From Botryllus schlosseri (lineage: Eukaryota): a stretch of DNA of 64,000 nt. A program made the translations under genes and the position numbers. Location: NCBI GenBank assembly GCA_051294905.1, contig CM119372.1:33544001-33608000 (forward strand). Direction: 5' to 3'. This document shows positions 39,978-53,213 of the stretch, in pieces. Every line of letters starts with the position of its first letter. Position 1 is the stretch's first letter. The notes under the pieces were generated by a model. That model worked only from the letters and a program-made list of their open reading frames with translations, was not told the origin of the DNA and searched no databases.

Positions 39978-41631
39978 CAGGAGCGGGCAACATACGGCCC
40001 GCGAAGGGATTTTGTCCGGCCCCCGAACAGTTTCTCGTCCTACATGATAATGTGGCCAGCGGCCCCAGTCTTCGGAAATTTCCCACTACTTGCTTACACA
40101 CGTCAAATTTCAGTGACTGTATGTTATTATACACGTGTATGCGCATTGCGCAGCGACCGAGGGTAGAGCTTACGCGTAAGTTCGTCGAAGCGAGAAGACC
40201 TGCATTATCGGCATTTACGATGTACTCAACCCATATGTCATTTGCGGTAATGTAAAACACCGCTGTTGCCAGGGGTCGCCAACTCAAAACGGGTCGCGGG
40301 CCACTTGCAGATTTCGTAGAGGCCCCGCGCCGCATGAATTCAATATCGAGATAAAATAGGCCACACAGTTGAACAACTATGCTATCTCGTCACCTACTAA
40401 AGTCTAAACCAGTGGTTCTCTCAATCGGGGGTCCGCGTAGCATTTTCAGGGGGTCCGCGAGACCTCCAAATTTTCAAAATAATTAATAGACTAATTTGTA
40501 TTTTTTTTAATTAGGTAAATCAGGAGACAGATTCCCTTCATAACTTGTAAAACTTCACTACTCACATTACAAAAATGGCTTACTACTATCCTACTGTGGA
40601 AACTCATTTTAATTGATAGATTCACATCAGCCTAACGATACAAGCATATATGCTATGTGAAGATGTTTCGTCAGGGTTTGTGAAAAAATAAAAAGTTAGT
40701 GTAGTCAGGTTAATCGGGGTGATTTCGAAGTGTTTACAAATTGTCAGTCTCAGCAAACTAGTAGGCAGTCACTAGAAATGGAAATTATTGATCCATTTTT
40801 TTCTGTAATATATAACCACTCTTCAAGAATAACTTCAAGATGAGTTGCTAGATAGAAATGACTGGACGACGTGGACGTTTATTCAAAAATCTGTTTCTCA
40901 ATTTTGGTCGTCGGAAGCGTTACGAGTTGATATTACATTCGCCACCACCTCTCTTTTTCGAAATGGGTTTCAGCACCCCTTCATATCAAATTGAAAGCGC
41001 GGGTCTTCAAGACGCGATAGCTCATTTCAATAAATACACCTGCAAAATTCACTTTGAAATAATAAAAATCGATGCAATTTACAGATAATGTAAGATATTA
41101 TTTATAAGATAAGTCATTTTGTTGCTGTTTATCACTATACTAAGGCTAAATTTTGCACAAGTCATATCACGGTTGCACGATAATTGAGATAAATTTGAAC
41201 GAAAACTTAAGGGGGTCCGCGGAGGTCCCTGACGGCCAAAAGGGGTCCGTGAAGACAAAAAGGTTGAAAACCGCTGGTCTAAACCCTAATGAATTGATAC
41301 ATTGGTCAATTTGTGGTACCGGGCTCATCGAACGCCTTGAAATCTTAATTAAGGATTGCACCATGCGTTGTTGGATCAGAGAGAAGCAGACATGGTGGTG
41401 CCTGTATGACACTGCTGTTCTCAAATCCACAACGTATTCGTCATTATTGGCGAGAAATGGCTTTGAAGTTGCATTGCTGTAGTTGAAACACATTCATTAA
41501 ATACGATTTATTCCTTGTATATGTAGATAAATGTGCGAATAATGTGTCGATTCAGCAATCCGGCCCGTCAAGTAGGCCTACCTAATTTTCCTATATCAGG
41601 CCCGCCGACTGAGAAGTTGCCCGCGCCCCTG
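39978..41631. mobile_element. hAT MITE containing nested MITE(s)
   Basis: CAGGAGCGGGCAAC...GTTGCCCGCGCCCCTG; TSD GCCTATAT/GCATATAT. Confidence 0.6.
40410..41276. mobile_element. hAT (Charlie/Buster-type) MITE
   Basis: CAGTGGTTCTC...GAAAACCGCTG; perfect TSD GTCTAAAC; GGGGTCCG subterminal repeats. Confidence 0.88.
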
Positions 41632-42407
41632 GCATATATCGATGTCGATGTGGTATGAAATTACCTTTTATATGTAAATGTATAATCTTCCGCTCAATCC
41701 GGCTGACATTTGTCATTTCAACGTGTAGGTAAAGAAATCAGTGTTGCTTCGTATGTAACTTCGTAAGATGCGACGTTTTGTTAATGCTGTTGCATCGCCC
41801 CGAGGCAGGATTACATCGGTGTTGGTGTTTATGGAGCAAATACGTCGATACTGGTGAAATAAGACGGATACAATACGACGCACGTAGTATATGTTCACAA
41901 TCAGAAGAGACGACGCATGTGGCACACGTAGGATATGCAACTGGTCACTTAGAAGCAGGACCGCGAGAAAATAAACTTTAATATGGTCCATGGATAGATA
42001 AGCATGCTACATGCAACACTTCAACATGAGGATTAAAGTTGGTTTGGGTTAGGATGACATTTAGGGTTATGGTTTGGGTTAGGGTTCATTTCATAGTTCG
42101 GATAATGTAAGGGTTCGTTTCGGGGTCGCAGTTACATGCTCAACTGTCGTTTTGATCGAGATGCATACTTTATATCAGTGATTCCTAAACTTTTTACACC
42201 GCGAGCCAAATCCAAGTTTTATTTCATATCGCGACCTAAGCCTCGCGCATCGACATGAAGGCATTTTTAATGACAGTATGCTACGTATTTACTGGCATTT
42301 ATGATATAGAGAAGGCGCAGATGTTGCAAGAAATTTAGCAATCGCGTAGGGCGGTCGCGACCCATACGTTAAGAGCCCTTGCTTCATATGTTACATATAT
42401 TAGCAGG

Positions 42408-44702
42408 ATGGAATTTGTCGATAAAATAGTTATAGTCACCGGCGCTTCAAGCGGCATTGGACGAGCGACAGCGTTGGCTTTTGCGGAGCACGGATGCTTT
42501 CTTACCATAACTGGAAGGAACATGGCAAATCTTAATGACGTTTCAAGCCTATGCAAAAATAAAGGAGCCAAGGACGTAGTCATAGTAAAGGCGGAGTTTA
42601 AAAACCTGGAAGACGTGGAGTCGATTGTACATGCCACTGTCGAAAAGTACAAGAAAATTGACGTGCTTGTCAATAATGCGGGGATTAATGTCGTTGAAGA
42701 TCTGGAAAACACGAAAATGACCAACTTCGACCTTCTATTTCAAGTCAATGTGAAGTCCATGCTACGGATTACCCAACTGGCCATGCCCTATTTGGTGGAA
42801 TCAAAGGGTAACATAGTCAATGTGTCCAGCTACTGTGCCGACAAGCATGTACCCAAGTTTCTCTTGCTTGGCATGACAAAGGCGGCAATCAGTCAACTCA
42901 CAAAGACGACTGCGCTGGACTACGCTCCGAAAGGCGTAAGGGTGAATGCAATATGTCCTTATGTCGTCTTGACCGGTATCGCCAGGTACGTTTGCCACAT
43001 TTTACATGTGTTACTGCATTGTTTTTCACGTGGTGTTCCGCAACAAATCTGCTCGCTTAGCTATATATGATACTTCGAAAGTCCTAACTGTACACCAAAT
43101 TCGGCTCAAATTGTAACATGTAGACGCGACGCTCTTGATGCTCAAGATTATGGATTTGAAATAATAGTATTTACGGGGGGTTGGGAATATCTATATTTGA
43201 TTATAATAAAAATATATATAATTGAAAATAACATTGAAATTAGGCTAAATTTGTAGTACATCGTCTTCGTAACTAGGTTAACAATTCCAATGGGTTGACA
43301 GATCTATTTAAAAACAATTCAAAATAAATTTACCATTTTTTAACTTAAGTAGCTTCAATTCTACTCGTTGGAATGGAGCAAAATTTGGCGTAAAACAATT
43401 CTATCGAATAGCCAGTGAAGTTTGAACTGTAGGCGATCGACTCAACACAGGAGATGTAATGAGCTTACTATTGTGTTTGTATATTCAGTATCACCGACAC
43501 GAATATCTAGTCGTTATTTGCTTCACTTAGCTTCACTTGCTGTGGGTTACCCATATAACTAGACCTGTACACAGCGATTAAAGCAGGCGTACTCGAATGC
43601 GACACTAGAATTAATTGTAATATTTACATGAATCTTCTACAAATCGAAACTTGCGCAGCTGAAACCCACACCAGCCACGTGTGGGTCACATTTTACGCAA
43701 ACTAGTAAAAAAATAGTTGTTTGACTGTAATCAACTTAATAATGTCTTAGTGAAATTTGGGAAGGCGACAGGGACTAACAATAATAGCACACGAAAAATA
43801 TTAAATTCACAAAGCGGAGCCTCGTGACGTAGGACTGTTTGCTGATGTTGTGTCCAAGAGATGCAATTTCGAAACTGATATCCGCGATGTTGATACGACA
43901 CCTGCAGCATGCCCAATGATATTCGCAGCCATACAAGTAGTGCAACACGTTGGGAATTTAAAGTTGTCTTGCTATGCCCTTTATCGTTCGAATTAAGCAG
44001 TCGATAGGCATTTTAGTCTGCAAATTGTCGTGGAAGTAAAATCGAAATGCACAAACATTGACTGGTCATTCAGAACTTGAGTGTGCCGTTGCCGAGAGAG
44101 CTCAATACGAAACGGCTCGCCAATTGTGAGATTCACGATCAGGGATATCTCGTTGTTTACGTAAAATACAGTTGCATATTATATCAACATTTCAACTTCA
44201 TGCAGGACTTATGTAAAAAACCATTTCAAGCTTGAAATTATTGATTCGTGCCAGATCAGGTACAGCGGCCACCAACCAAATGATACAACGCTGTTTTGTT
44301 CATGTGGCTCTTCTATCGTCAGTAGTAATATTGACTTATTTACGGATCTGTTGAGGACCGGCAGTGCGGTTTGGTTATGATTGCAAACATTCTTGCTATC
44401 CTCGCGTATGGTTGGTGTATACGCGGCAATATAGCAACGTGTGCCAGTAAAAAAAAGCTTTGCGTATAACATGTATATACTATTCGAAGAGTTATAAATC
44501 GAATTCTGCCTGCAGAGACCGATTCGACACACGCGAGGAATTCGACAAATATTACAAAGACGCGGCAGCTGCAATTCCTCTCGGTAGAATTGGCGAGGCT
44601 GAGGAGTGCTCCAACGCTATCCTTTTTCTGGCTTCCAACAAATCTGCTTGGACCACTGGACAATGCCTTGTTCTGGATGGAGGCAAGGGCCTCGTGTCGT
44701 AA
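42408..44702 (+). CDS. Short-chain dehydrogenase/reductase (FabG-like), 2 exons (42408-42985, 44516-44702), 254 aa
   Basis: Motifs TGASSGIG, DVLVNNAG, NVSS, GVRVNAICP, PLGRIG, TGQCLVLDGG. Donor AG|gtacg at 42985 and acceptor tgcag|A at 44516 are phase-2 consistent. Confidence 0.9.
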
Positions 44703-47700
44703 TCACAATTGAGCAACGCAATGCAGCGTTACACTACACATTGCAATAATCATAGCACTCATTTTCTTGGAGAGTGAAATCAACGCACTGCATTTTCGGG
44801 CATCACAAGACGTGTAAAGTATACGGTTTCAATTGACCTTATAATAAATTGATCACGGTACATCGCGTAATGCGAAATTTGTATTGTCGTAATGTGACCG
44901 CTGCGGTTGGAGACTGAGAAGAGTCATAAATAGGGCAAGTTTTTGCAACTTTTGCAACTTTTTTTACAGCTTTCGACAGCTTCCTATACCTACACTGTAA
45001 AAAATCTGGTGGATTTACTGGGAAATCCCTGTAAATTTTGCAAAGAATGACCGGTCGCAGCCAATAACTTTGCGTAGCTTGTAATTTTACATTTTGATGT
45101 GTAATATTACCTCAATTTAGCTGTAAAGTCAAGTTACCAGAATTTCTTCGCAAAATTACTGACAGTTACTCGTTACTGAAGTTTACCAGGCTATTGGCAA
45201 AATTGATTAGCTTGAAAATCTCAGCAGCCAATTTATACGTGGAACTGAATGTTACTGATATCACTCTCGTGGTGATTTGACCTGATTCAACCTCGGTCGC
45301 GAGACTGGGGTCTGTCATACGTCAATTGTCGGCCCTAGTAGCAATTTCAGTGTAGTACATAGTAGGGTAAAAGAAACAACTGACAATCGTAGCTAATGTG
45401 GCACACCATAGCCACTATATTATATTATAAGGCTATGGCTATAATGCCGGTCTGGCTGGTTACATTCGTTGTCACGGATCGGACTGATGAGTTAGAAGAT
45501 TAGTTTACGATGCAGGCCTGTAATATTGTTCGGGAAACTAGAAATATCAGCACCGCAGGCTCTGTTGACGATTTGTTGATGGCGAACAACGCGACCTGTA
45601 ATAGGTTACATTAGGTCAGTGGTTCCCAACCTTATTCATCTCGTGCCTCCCTTGGCCGAAATTTAAGCCAAAATTCCCCCTTAGGATAAATCTGCATGCC
45701 CGATGATTAAAAAAGGTCATTTTTACCGCGCAAACACCTGTTGACTGAGAGAATAAGACGGGCGGTACCGAGTGTTTGTTTCTAGCAGTGCTGTAATAAC
45801 ACTTGGTAGACCTCCAAAAGCAATGGTATTGGTCCCAATCAAACAAATTCTGGAAGGCTTGACTCAACAGACCCCCACACTTCCATTTATGTTTTCGACT
45901 TACCATGCACCAATGGCTAATATAACTGTTGTGAAAAATCACTGTGCATACATTTACTGGTCTCGCGATTTTTTTCTAAAGTTTGCGTATATGCATTTGG
46001 CGAATAATATTGGTACTTTCATGTATAGGATGGTTGACCAGACTAGAGTCTGACTCGAGTCACCATTTTCTGATGACTCGACTTGACTCAAGTCATTTTC
46101 TCAAAATACGGAAGCGACTCGACTCGGCTCGACTCGAGACAATCTGAGTATTGACTCGACTTGGACTCAGAGACAGAGACAGAGACAGTTTTTATTGAGC
46201 AAAAACTTACACTCAAAAACAAAATACATGTTGCAGCGATACGGTTCCTTAGGGACCATCTAGTCAGCTGCAGCGATGGAGTACAAAAATCGTCTTTTAA
46301 TAGAGTCTCGCGTCAAGAATAAATTAAAAACAGGTAGAACAGTGGTAAGTTGGAACAACAACAGAGTAACAGGCAACAATAATAAAGAAGTAAACTAAAG
46401 AATGAAATGCAATGAAAACAAAAAATAAATAGAAGATGGATAAATGTACAGAGTTGTCAGTTCAAATTATGAAAAAGAAACAATTTGGCAACATAAGATT
46501 ATCAAATCCAATATACGGCAATACGGCAATTACAATGCAAATCTAACTAACTTCAATATGACAAGAGTAAATGAGATTTAAATTCGCGACAAAAGGCTGA
46601 AAAAGACATTTCCCTCATGGCTAAAGGAATGTCATTCCATATTTTTGGTCCATGATATATGATTGATCTGCGGCACTTACTATTCGTCACACGAGATACA
46701 AATAATTTTTTTGAAGTCGAAGACCGAGAACGGTGTGTATGTACGACACTAGATGGCGTGAACATATCACTAAACAAACTTGGGAGATCACTTCGATCAT
46801 ACTTATACATCAATTTAGCAACCTCGAGAGTGCAAAGGTCCTTTACTTTCAAGATGTTCAGGGATTTATATTTGGGGGAGAGTCGTTCCCGTTCTTTCAT
46901 ACCCCTGATGTATTTGATTGCCAAATTTTGAAGTACTTCGATTTTCGAATAGTAAGTTTTGCAGCTAAGTCCCCAGAAGACTATGCCATAACTGAGCTGA
47001 CTGTGAAAGAGTGAGAAATATAAATTTCTAAGCACAGGTCTTGGGAGACTGTGTCTTGGACGAGAAAAATCCCTACAAACCTGGAAAGTTTCGTAGTAAT
47101 TTTATCGATATGGGATTTCCATGATAAATTATCGTCAATGTGAATTCCAAGGTACTTCACACAGGAGATGGGGTTCACATTTGTATTATTCAGATTCAAA
47201 AATGGAGAGAAGAATGTAACAGGACTAGGCTTTTGGTTAATGATTAGAATTTGCGTTTTAGACGGATTTATGAGTAGCTTGTTCGCATTCATCCAGGAAC
47301 TTATTCGATGCATTTGAGTGTGAACTAATTCTTGCAAGATTGGAAGAGAGGAAGCCGAGACATACAAGCATGTGTCATCCGCAAAAAGTGTCGTGTGAAA
47401 AGGAGAGCATGCGATCAAGTCGTTCAAGTAAATATTGAACAGTAACGGTCCAAGGACCGATCCTTGTGGGATGCCACAGGTAACTAACGATGAAGCAGAC
47501 TTGACAGAAGATAGATCATCAACATATTGCATGCGGTTTGATAGATAAGATTTTATTAGATTGTGCTGAGAGCCTCTCACCCCATATCGAAATAGTTTAT
47601 CGAGTAAAAGACTGTGGTTTACTGTGTCAAAAGCTTTTTGAAGGTCCAGAAAAATACTACAGCCAATTTCATTTTTAGATATTGTTGAATAATATTGAAG

Positions 47701-48469
47701 AAGAAGGTTGAGTACTGCTTGGTTAGTATTGCAGTTGGTACGAAAGCCAAATTGGTTAGGGTACAGTAGAGGTTCAAAGTACTTATATAGACGTGTATGG
47801 ATGAGCTTCTCAAACACTATAGCCATGCAAGATAAGATCGATATAGGCCTATAGTTAGACATATCACTTTTGTCCCCTTTTTTATAAACTGGAACCACCC
47901 TTGCAATTTTAAGTGAGTTAGGGAAAATTCCATTTTCTACACACTGATTGAAGAAGTGGCAGATGTATGGTGTAATAGCTGGTGTTATTACTTTGAGCAG
48001 CTCAACTGGTAACTTATCGTAACCCTCTGCCTTCCCACCCTTCATATTTCTAATTATATCATGTATTTCTCGTTCATTGGCAGGCACCATGAACATGCTG
48101 TTAGCATTGCTCTGGAATGGAGGCAAGATGCATCTGTTGTGCGAATTTTTACACTTCAAAGCAAGATTTGGACCAATTGATGTAAAATATTTGTTGAAAG
48201 TGCATGCTATGGATGCAGGATCAGATATCACCAGCTCATTTTCATCGATAATTTGGGATGGTTTGGTTGATTTATGTGAGCAAGGATTGATGAGATTCTT
48301 TATCCCACGCCACATTTGTTTTTGATTTGAGCTATGTTGATTGAAATATTTGTGAAAGTATGATTTTTTTGCCTTGAATTTAATCTGGTTTAATTTATTT
48401 GCATATGTTTTATACTTGATTCGGTCTAATTCAATACCATTTGTGATCCATATACGATGAAGATTATTC

Positions 48470-51162
48470 TAGGGATGGTGTGGACCTTTGAAAGGTTCAG
48501 GTTCGTGTGAACGCGAACCTTTTTGAAAGGTTCTGTGTGAACGCGAACGTGAACCTCATGACGTCATATCGCTAATTTCAACCCTACATTTCAATGCAGT
48601 GATAGCCTATATTCATGTACAATCCACACGATACACATAAAATGACACAATGCTGAATTACATTGACGTTTTAAACGTCACCAAATGTATCAACTGGGGC
48701 AATCAAATGAAATAATAATCCCATAAAATCAATATCCTCCGTCGCTTTGCCAACAATTTCGATGAGGACTTGTAAGGGAATATAAGCTTACGCCTTAACA
48801 CTAGAACGATCTAGTGGCTTTTTTGACGCATTTTCATTTTTGAAGAGCTGGCATTCAGTCAAATCTTACGCTGTTCGGCTGAAACTTCTTGACTTTTATT
48901 TATTTTATGTAGGCCACCTTACCCATGATTTTCATCACTCATCTAGTACAAATAAAAAAGTTATACACAGAACTACCTAGAACTACCGAGTGGCTGTTTT
49001 GACGCATTACACTTTTTCTACCTTCAGGAATCGCAGTTTCATATTCTTGAAAGTGGTTATGTATCTGATAAACGCAGAAAAGCCGTTTGTAACAACAGAA
49101 CTTTGTTAATATAGACTCGGTCTAACTGTGTTAGCAACAACATCCCTTGTAATAGAAGGCCCTGGATCTTCCTCGTTCCAAGTCACCAAAGCTCTGTAAT
49201 ATTATATTTTTGAAGCTCAGCGTGTTACAGGACATGAAATTTGAAATGTACCATTAGACCAAGCCGACATCTGTATTGTCCATACTAATATACTAGGGTT
49301 GTACAAGGGCAAAGGGTCTTTGCTCCGGTCTACGAGATGGATCTTCGGGGGGAGAGTGAGCTGAATCTAGTGAATTGAATGCATATGAGGACTGAGGGCA
49401 TGGGTGCATTATGTTTAGTCAGGCCCTCTCGAAGAACAAATTTATGGAAGTCATGATCTTTCCATTGACATAAAGAGTAAAAAAAGGTGTGGATTCGATA
49501 AAGATAATATGGTTTTCGTTCATTACATGGTCGAAATGCCAGCAAATAATTGGGGTAAAATGTCAGATGGTGGACGCTGCTGCTACCAAGTATCTGTACA
49601 AGGGCGTCTCATATTTAGGCAAGGATAGGACAGGACACCTCTTCCATAATCTATACATTTGCCAAGCATAGTAATGTGAAGAGTCTGATGTGATCCATCT
49701 CGAAACAATGTTACGTGAATGTGGCTGTATACGCTTGGAGAAGCAAACGAAGTCCCAGTTGACACTATTGTCAAAAGTCGCTTGAAGCTACCCAGGACCA
49801 GAAGGAACACAGGCAGCTTCATGCAGCCACACTTTTCAAAGCTATCATCTTGTTGATAAGCGTAACGGCGAGATGCCAGTGTAGAGATCGAATTTGTACA
49901 CATATATATTGAGTTCACTGCAACCTGTGGTAACTGTTTCCTTCAGAAACAACACAAACAGGAAACCAGTGACGGTTCAATGTTATAACGAAACAAAACC
50001 AGGGGGATATTATTGGTCAGGTTGCAAGGCAGTATTCTACGAGGGTACCAACAAGTCGACGATGGTCCGTGCATGTTTTCTTAGAATGTGAATGATCGTC
50101 TACTTGCCAAAATGCCGATACTCTATAAATATGCAAATCGAGGATTAGTTGCAAAATTGAATTATGCAAATCTTATCTGATAAGCTTTATGATATGTCAG
50201 CAATAACCAACAATGATGATGTGGCTAAAGCGGATCTGGAACCTACTCTAAATTTTTAAAGAACGTGCTCAAATACCAAATGCACACCAGAGCAACACTT
50301 ATATGTTACACCAAAAAATGGCAATTTGTTTTATAAGTGTTAACCTAAAGGTGTATGTAAAATATTGCAAGTAGCTGTGAGCGCAATTAACAATGGTTTC
50401 TGATGCCGTTTGCAGAGATTTGTGCTAATTTTTAGCTCCGGTAAATGCATTTAATCGAAGAAGATTCAACATGCGTCAAAAAAGCCACATGGTAGTTCTA
50501 GGTAGTTCGAAGTTCCGGTAGTTCTAGTGTTAACGGTCTAGGCCAGACTGGACAATGTATTTGGCGTCTGAGTATTGCTACGTGGATATTGAGCAGAGTG
50601 TAAAACGAGTTTCTATGCTTGCCACCGATATTACCCCAATAACAAGTTATACAGCTGTTGCCAACACCAGCGGATTTGGTTTTATGATACAATAAACATA
50701 TGAAATGAAGATTGACCCCGTACGCCTGCTAGACTCTTCTTACATATCAGACAACGATATCAACTTCATTGATTGGTTGAATAAGCATCATTCGCTGACT
50801 AGCTACATGTAGCGTATTTCGCTCTTTCGCTGTTGATGTTGTGTGATTGCGGGTCAAGCTCAAAGCAAAGAGTCACTAAATATTCGAGCAAACTTTTGTA
50901 AAGCAATTGACATTTTTGAGATTTTCCAGGTACATGCTCGTTTAGTGCTAATTTGTACGCTATCAGCGCCATGTATTTAGTGGCTCGCAGTTGAAATGTA
51001 ATAAATTTCAATCAAAGATGTTATAATGAAGCGAAAATCGTAATATATGAAAAAGGTTCACAGTGCAGAACCTACCAAGGTTCGTTTGTGAACGTGAACC
51101 TCTAAATTTCTGAGGTTCACACACAGAACGCGAACGTGAACCTCACGTTCACACCGTACCTA
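48470..51162. mobile_element. GTTCAC-family hAT MITE inserted in LINE ORF2
   Basis: TAGGGATGGTG...CACCGTACCTA; TSD GATTATTC/GTTTATTC. Inverted relative to 15407-16405. Confidence 0.88.
48799..50529 (+). mobile_element. Internally deleted piggyBac element with transposase remnants
   Basis: TTAA TSD; TIR CACTAGAAC...GTTCTAGTG. Remnant peptides GVKCQMVDAAATKYLYKGVSYLGK and KPVTVQCYNETK resemble piggyBac transposase motifs. Confidence 0.85.
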
Positions 51163-52310
51163 GTTTATTCCTTTTCTTAATGGAGCGCAGAATACCTGGA
51201 GTGATCCAGGGTTTGAGATGTAACTTGCGTTGTCTACGTGTAAGGCGCTGGATAGGAATGTGTTTGTTGACTAGGTCAGTGATCTGAGATAGAAAGCTCT
51301 CAAACTGAGCATCAAGATTTTCTTTGGCGAGCGGCTGTAGATCATTACCAGGAAAATAGTCGAATGATTCAACTAATAATGAAGTCTTGGACTCCATTGT
51401 AGGTAGTCTTTTATAAACATAACTACTTTTAAATGGTGGAGATTTGGTAACAACATCGGCCAAAACTGGATAATGGTCTGTAAGATCATTCCGGATAACC
51501 AAAGGATGAATAGGGCACGCAGTTAAGTTGGTGTATATGTGATCAAGTAGTGTTGCAGAGTGATGAGTTACTCGAGTCGGTAAAGTGATAAGAGGAGCCG
51601 TACCGTGAGAGTTCAAAATATTCAAATGGTCAAGAGTTCCCGTTGTAGTAGATAGTAAGTTGATATACAAGTCTCCGAGGATGAAAAAAGTTTTCGTTTG
51701 AGAATTTAGTAATGACAATGTGCGGCTCAGTTCCGCAGAGAAATCTGAGAAGGAGTGACTTGGATGTCTATAGATAACACCAACTATGAAAGAGGGCGAA
51801 TTGCCGATAGGATGAGCTATTTTGGCCCATATTTGCTCTACACCATGAACATCTAGGTCATAAGTATCTGTCAGCGAAACTGGATAAGTCGATTTTATGT
51901 AGAGGGCGACACCACCAGCATTTGTGGGGGATGGTGAATGATAGAAATCGAAACCATCAAGATTAAGATCAGGAGCATTTGTATTGGGTAACTTAGTTTC
52001 GGATATTCCTATATTAGATGGTGCATTATGCAGGCTATAAATCATGTCGCTAAGGTCATCAATATGACTAGCTAGAGATTTAAGATTGAGGTGCATTAGA
52101 GTAACTTTTTCACGGTGCCCTATGTCATCCAGTTTATGTGAAATGTCATCAATGTCGGAGGAGTAACACTCAAATACATTGCTGAAGTTAAATTTGGAAA
52201 TGTCTAACATTTGATTATCATGAGGAGTAGCAATTACCGTATCATGTCGTGATGATGTAGAGGACATCTTTGAGAGTTATTTCTTGATAAAATGGACATC
52301 TGTACTGAAG

Positions 52311-53213
52311 TCACTTGATATTATGTAAGTCACTTTGATTGCATACTTGAAGAATCGATGCATCATCATTCTTTCTCACCAGAACTCTTCCAAACTTAGT
52401 CCAGAGGTATGAGTAGCCATGATCCCTTTTCAATTTCCTGGCATCGAAGAAGAGTTGGCGGTTCTTTTCAGTCAGGTTTTCAATAATGAAGACTTTGTCC
52501 ATGTCAGGAATCCTTGGTGTGTCGGTCGAATTTTTTAGGTTATGGCGGCTTGAATAAACATTGTTTCGGATTTTTCTGGAGGAAAACTTGACTATTATTG
52601 GTGGAGGCTTGGATGAAGTCTCATCAGCATGAAATTTTCGATGTGAGTACGAAATGTCGGATTTGCTCAAGGTAATATTCAATTTGGATACAACTTCATT
52701 GATCAAGGAGTTAGTATCCTCTTTTTGAGTTGCTGCAATCCCATGAAATTCCAGGATATCCATTCTGCATTGACGATCCATTTCTTCCATTTTATTGGTT
52801 AGTTTTTCAATTACTGCAGATTGACTTTGTATCATTTCTTCGTGATCTTTGATGAGCTTTTTGTTATCTTTCAATGTTATTGAGTTGATTTCAATTCGCT
52901 TTTCGAATTCATCAAATTTATCGGTAATAAAGTTCTGACTTCTTTTTATTTCGTCCAGCTCTAATTTCAGATCTTTGATGGATGAATTGACTTCCAAAAG
53001 AGATTTTTGTAGATCAGGATTGGATAGATGGAAGTTTCCTTCTTTGCAAACTTCTTCAAGACAGTTCTTGATAATAGTTGGAAGTTCCGTACGAATTTGC
53101 TGCAGTACGCTCTGGTGTAGGGTACCGGTAGTCACACCAGAATTGTTGGCAGACTTTTGTTTGCTTCCATGTCCAGCAGAAGACCCAGTGGGCTTGTCAC
53201 AGGGCTTCGTCAT
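52311..53213 (-). CDS. LINE ORF1 (coiled coil + RRM-like + C-terminal domain), 300 aa
   Basis: ILEFHGI, PPPIIVKFSSR, VFIIENLT and YLWTKFGRVLVRK are typical LINE ORF1 motifs. Confidence 0.88.
   Translation of the reverse strand: MTKPCDKPTGSSAGHGSKQKSANNSGVTTGTLHQSVLQQIRTELPTIIKNCLEEVCKEGNFHLSNPDLQKSLLEVNSSIKDLKLELDEIKRSQNFITDKFDEFEKRIEINSITLKDNKKLIKDHEEMIQSQSAVIEKLTNKMEEMDRQCRMDILEFHGIAATQKEDTNSLINEVVSKLNITLSKSDISYSHRKFHADETSSKPPPIIVKFSSRKIRNNVYSSRHNLKNSTDTPRIPDMDKVFIIENLTEKNRQLFFDARKLKRDHGYSYLWTKFGRVLVRKNDDASILQVCNQSDLHNIK

Larger units (their letters stand above)
46553..52267 (-). pseudogene. LINE ORF2 (AP endonuclease + reverse transcriptase), disrupted
   Basis: Endonuclease motifs GISETK, GGVALYI, YRHP, LDHIY, TDHYP; RT motifs NYRPIS, DLQKAFDTV, GIPQGSVLGP, FADD. 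Removing the 48470-51162 insertion restores the frame (KKRNKLHRIW). One frameshift near 47040. Confidence 0.92.

Noticed and set aside
42986..43070. C-terminus of the 220-aa SDR ORF in the track
   Set aside because: Intron read-through; the real C-terminus is exon 2 at 44516-44702.
16430..44702. MFS + PIPOX + SDR as an operon or metabolic cluster
   Set aside because: The PIPOX-MFS gap is about 3 kb and holds a MITE, the SDR is divergently oriented 6 kb from PIPOX, and no shared pathway can be supported from sequence.
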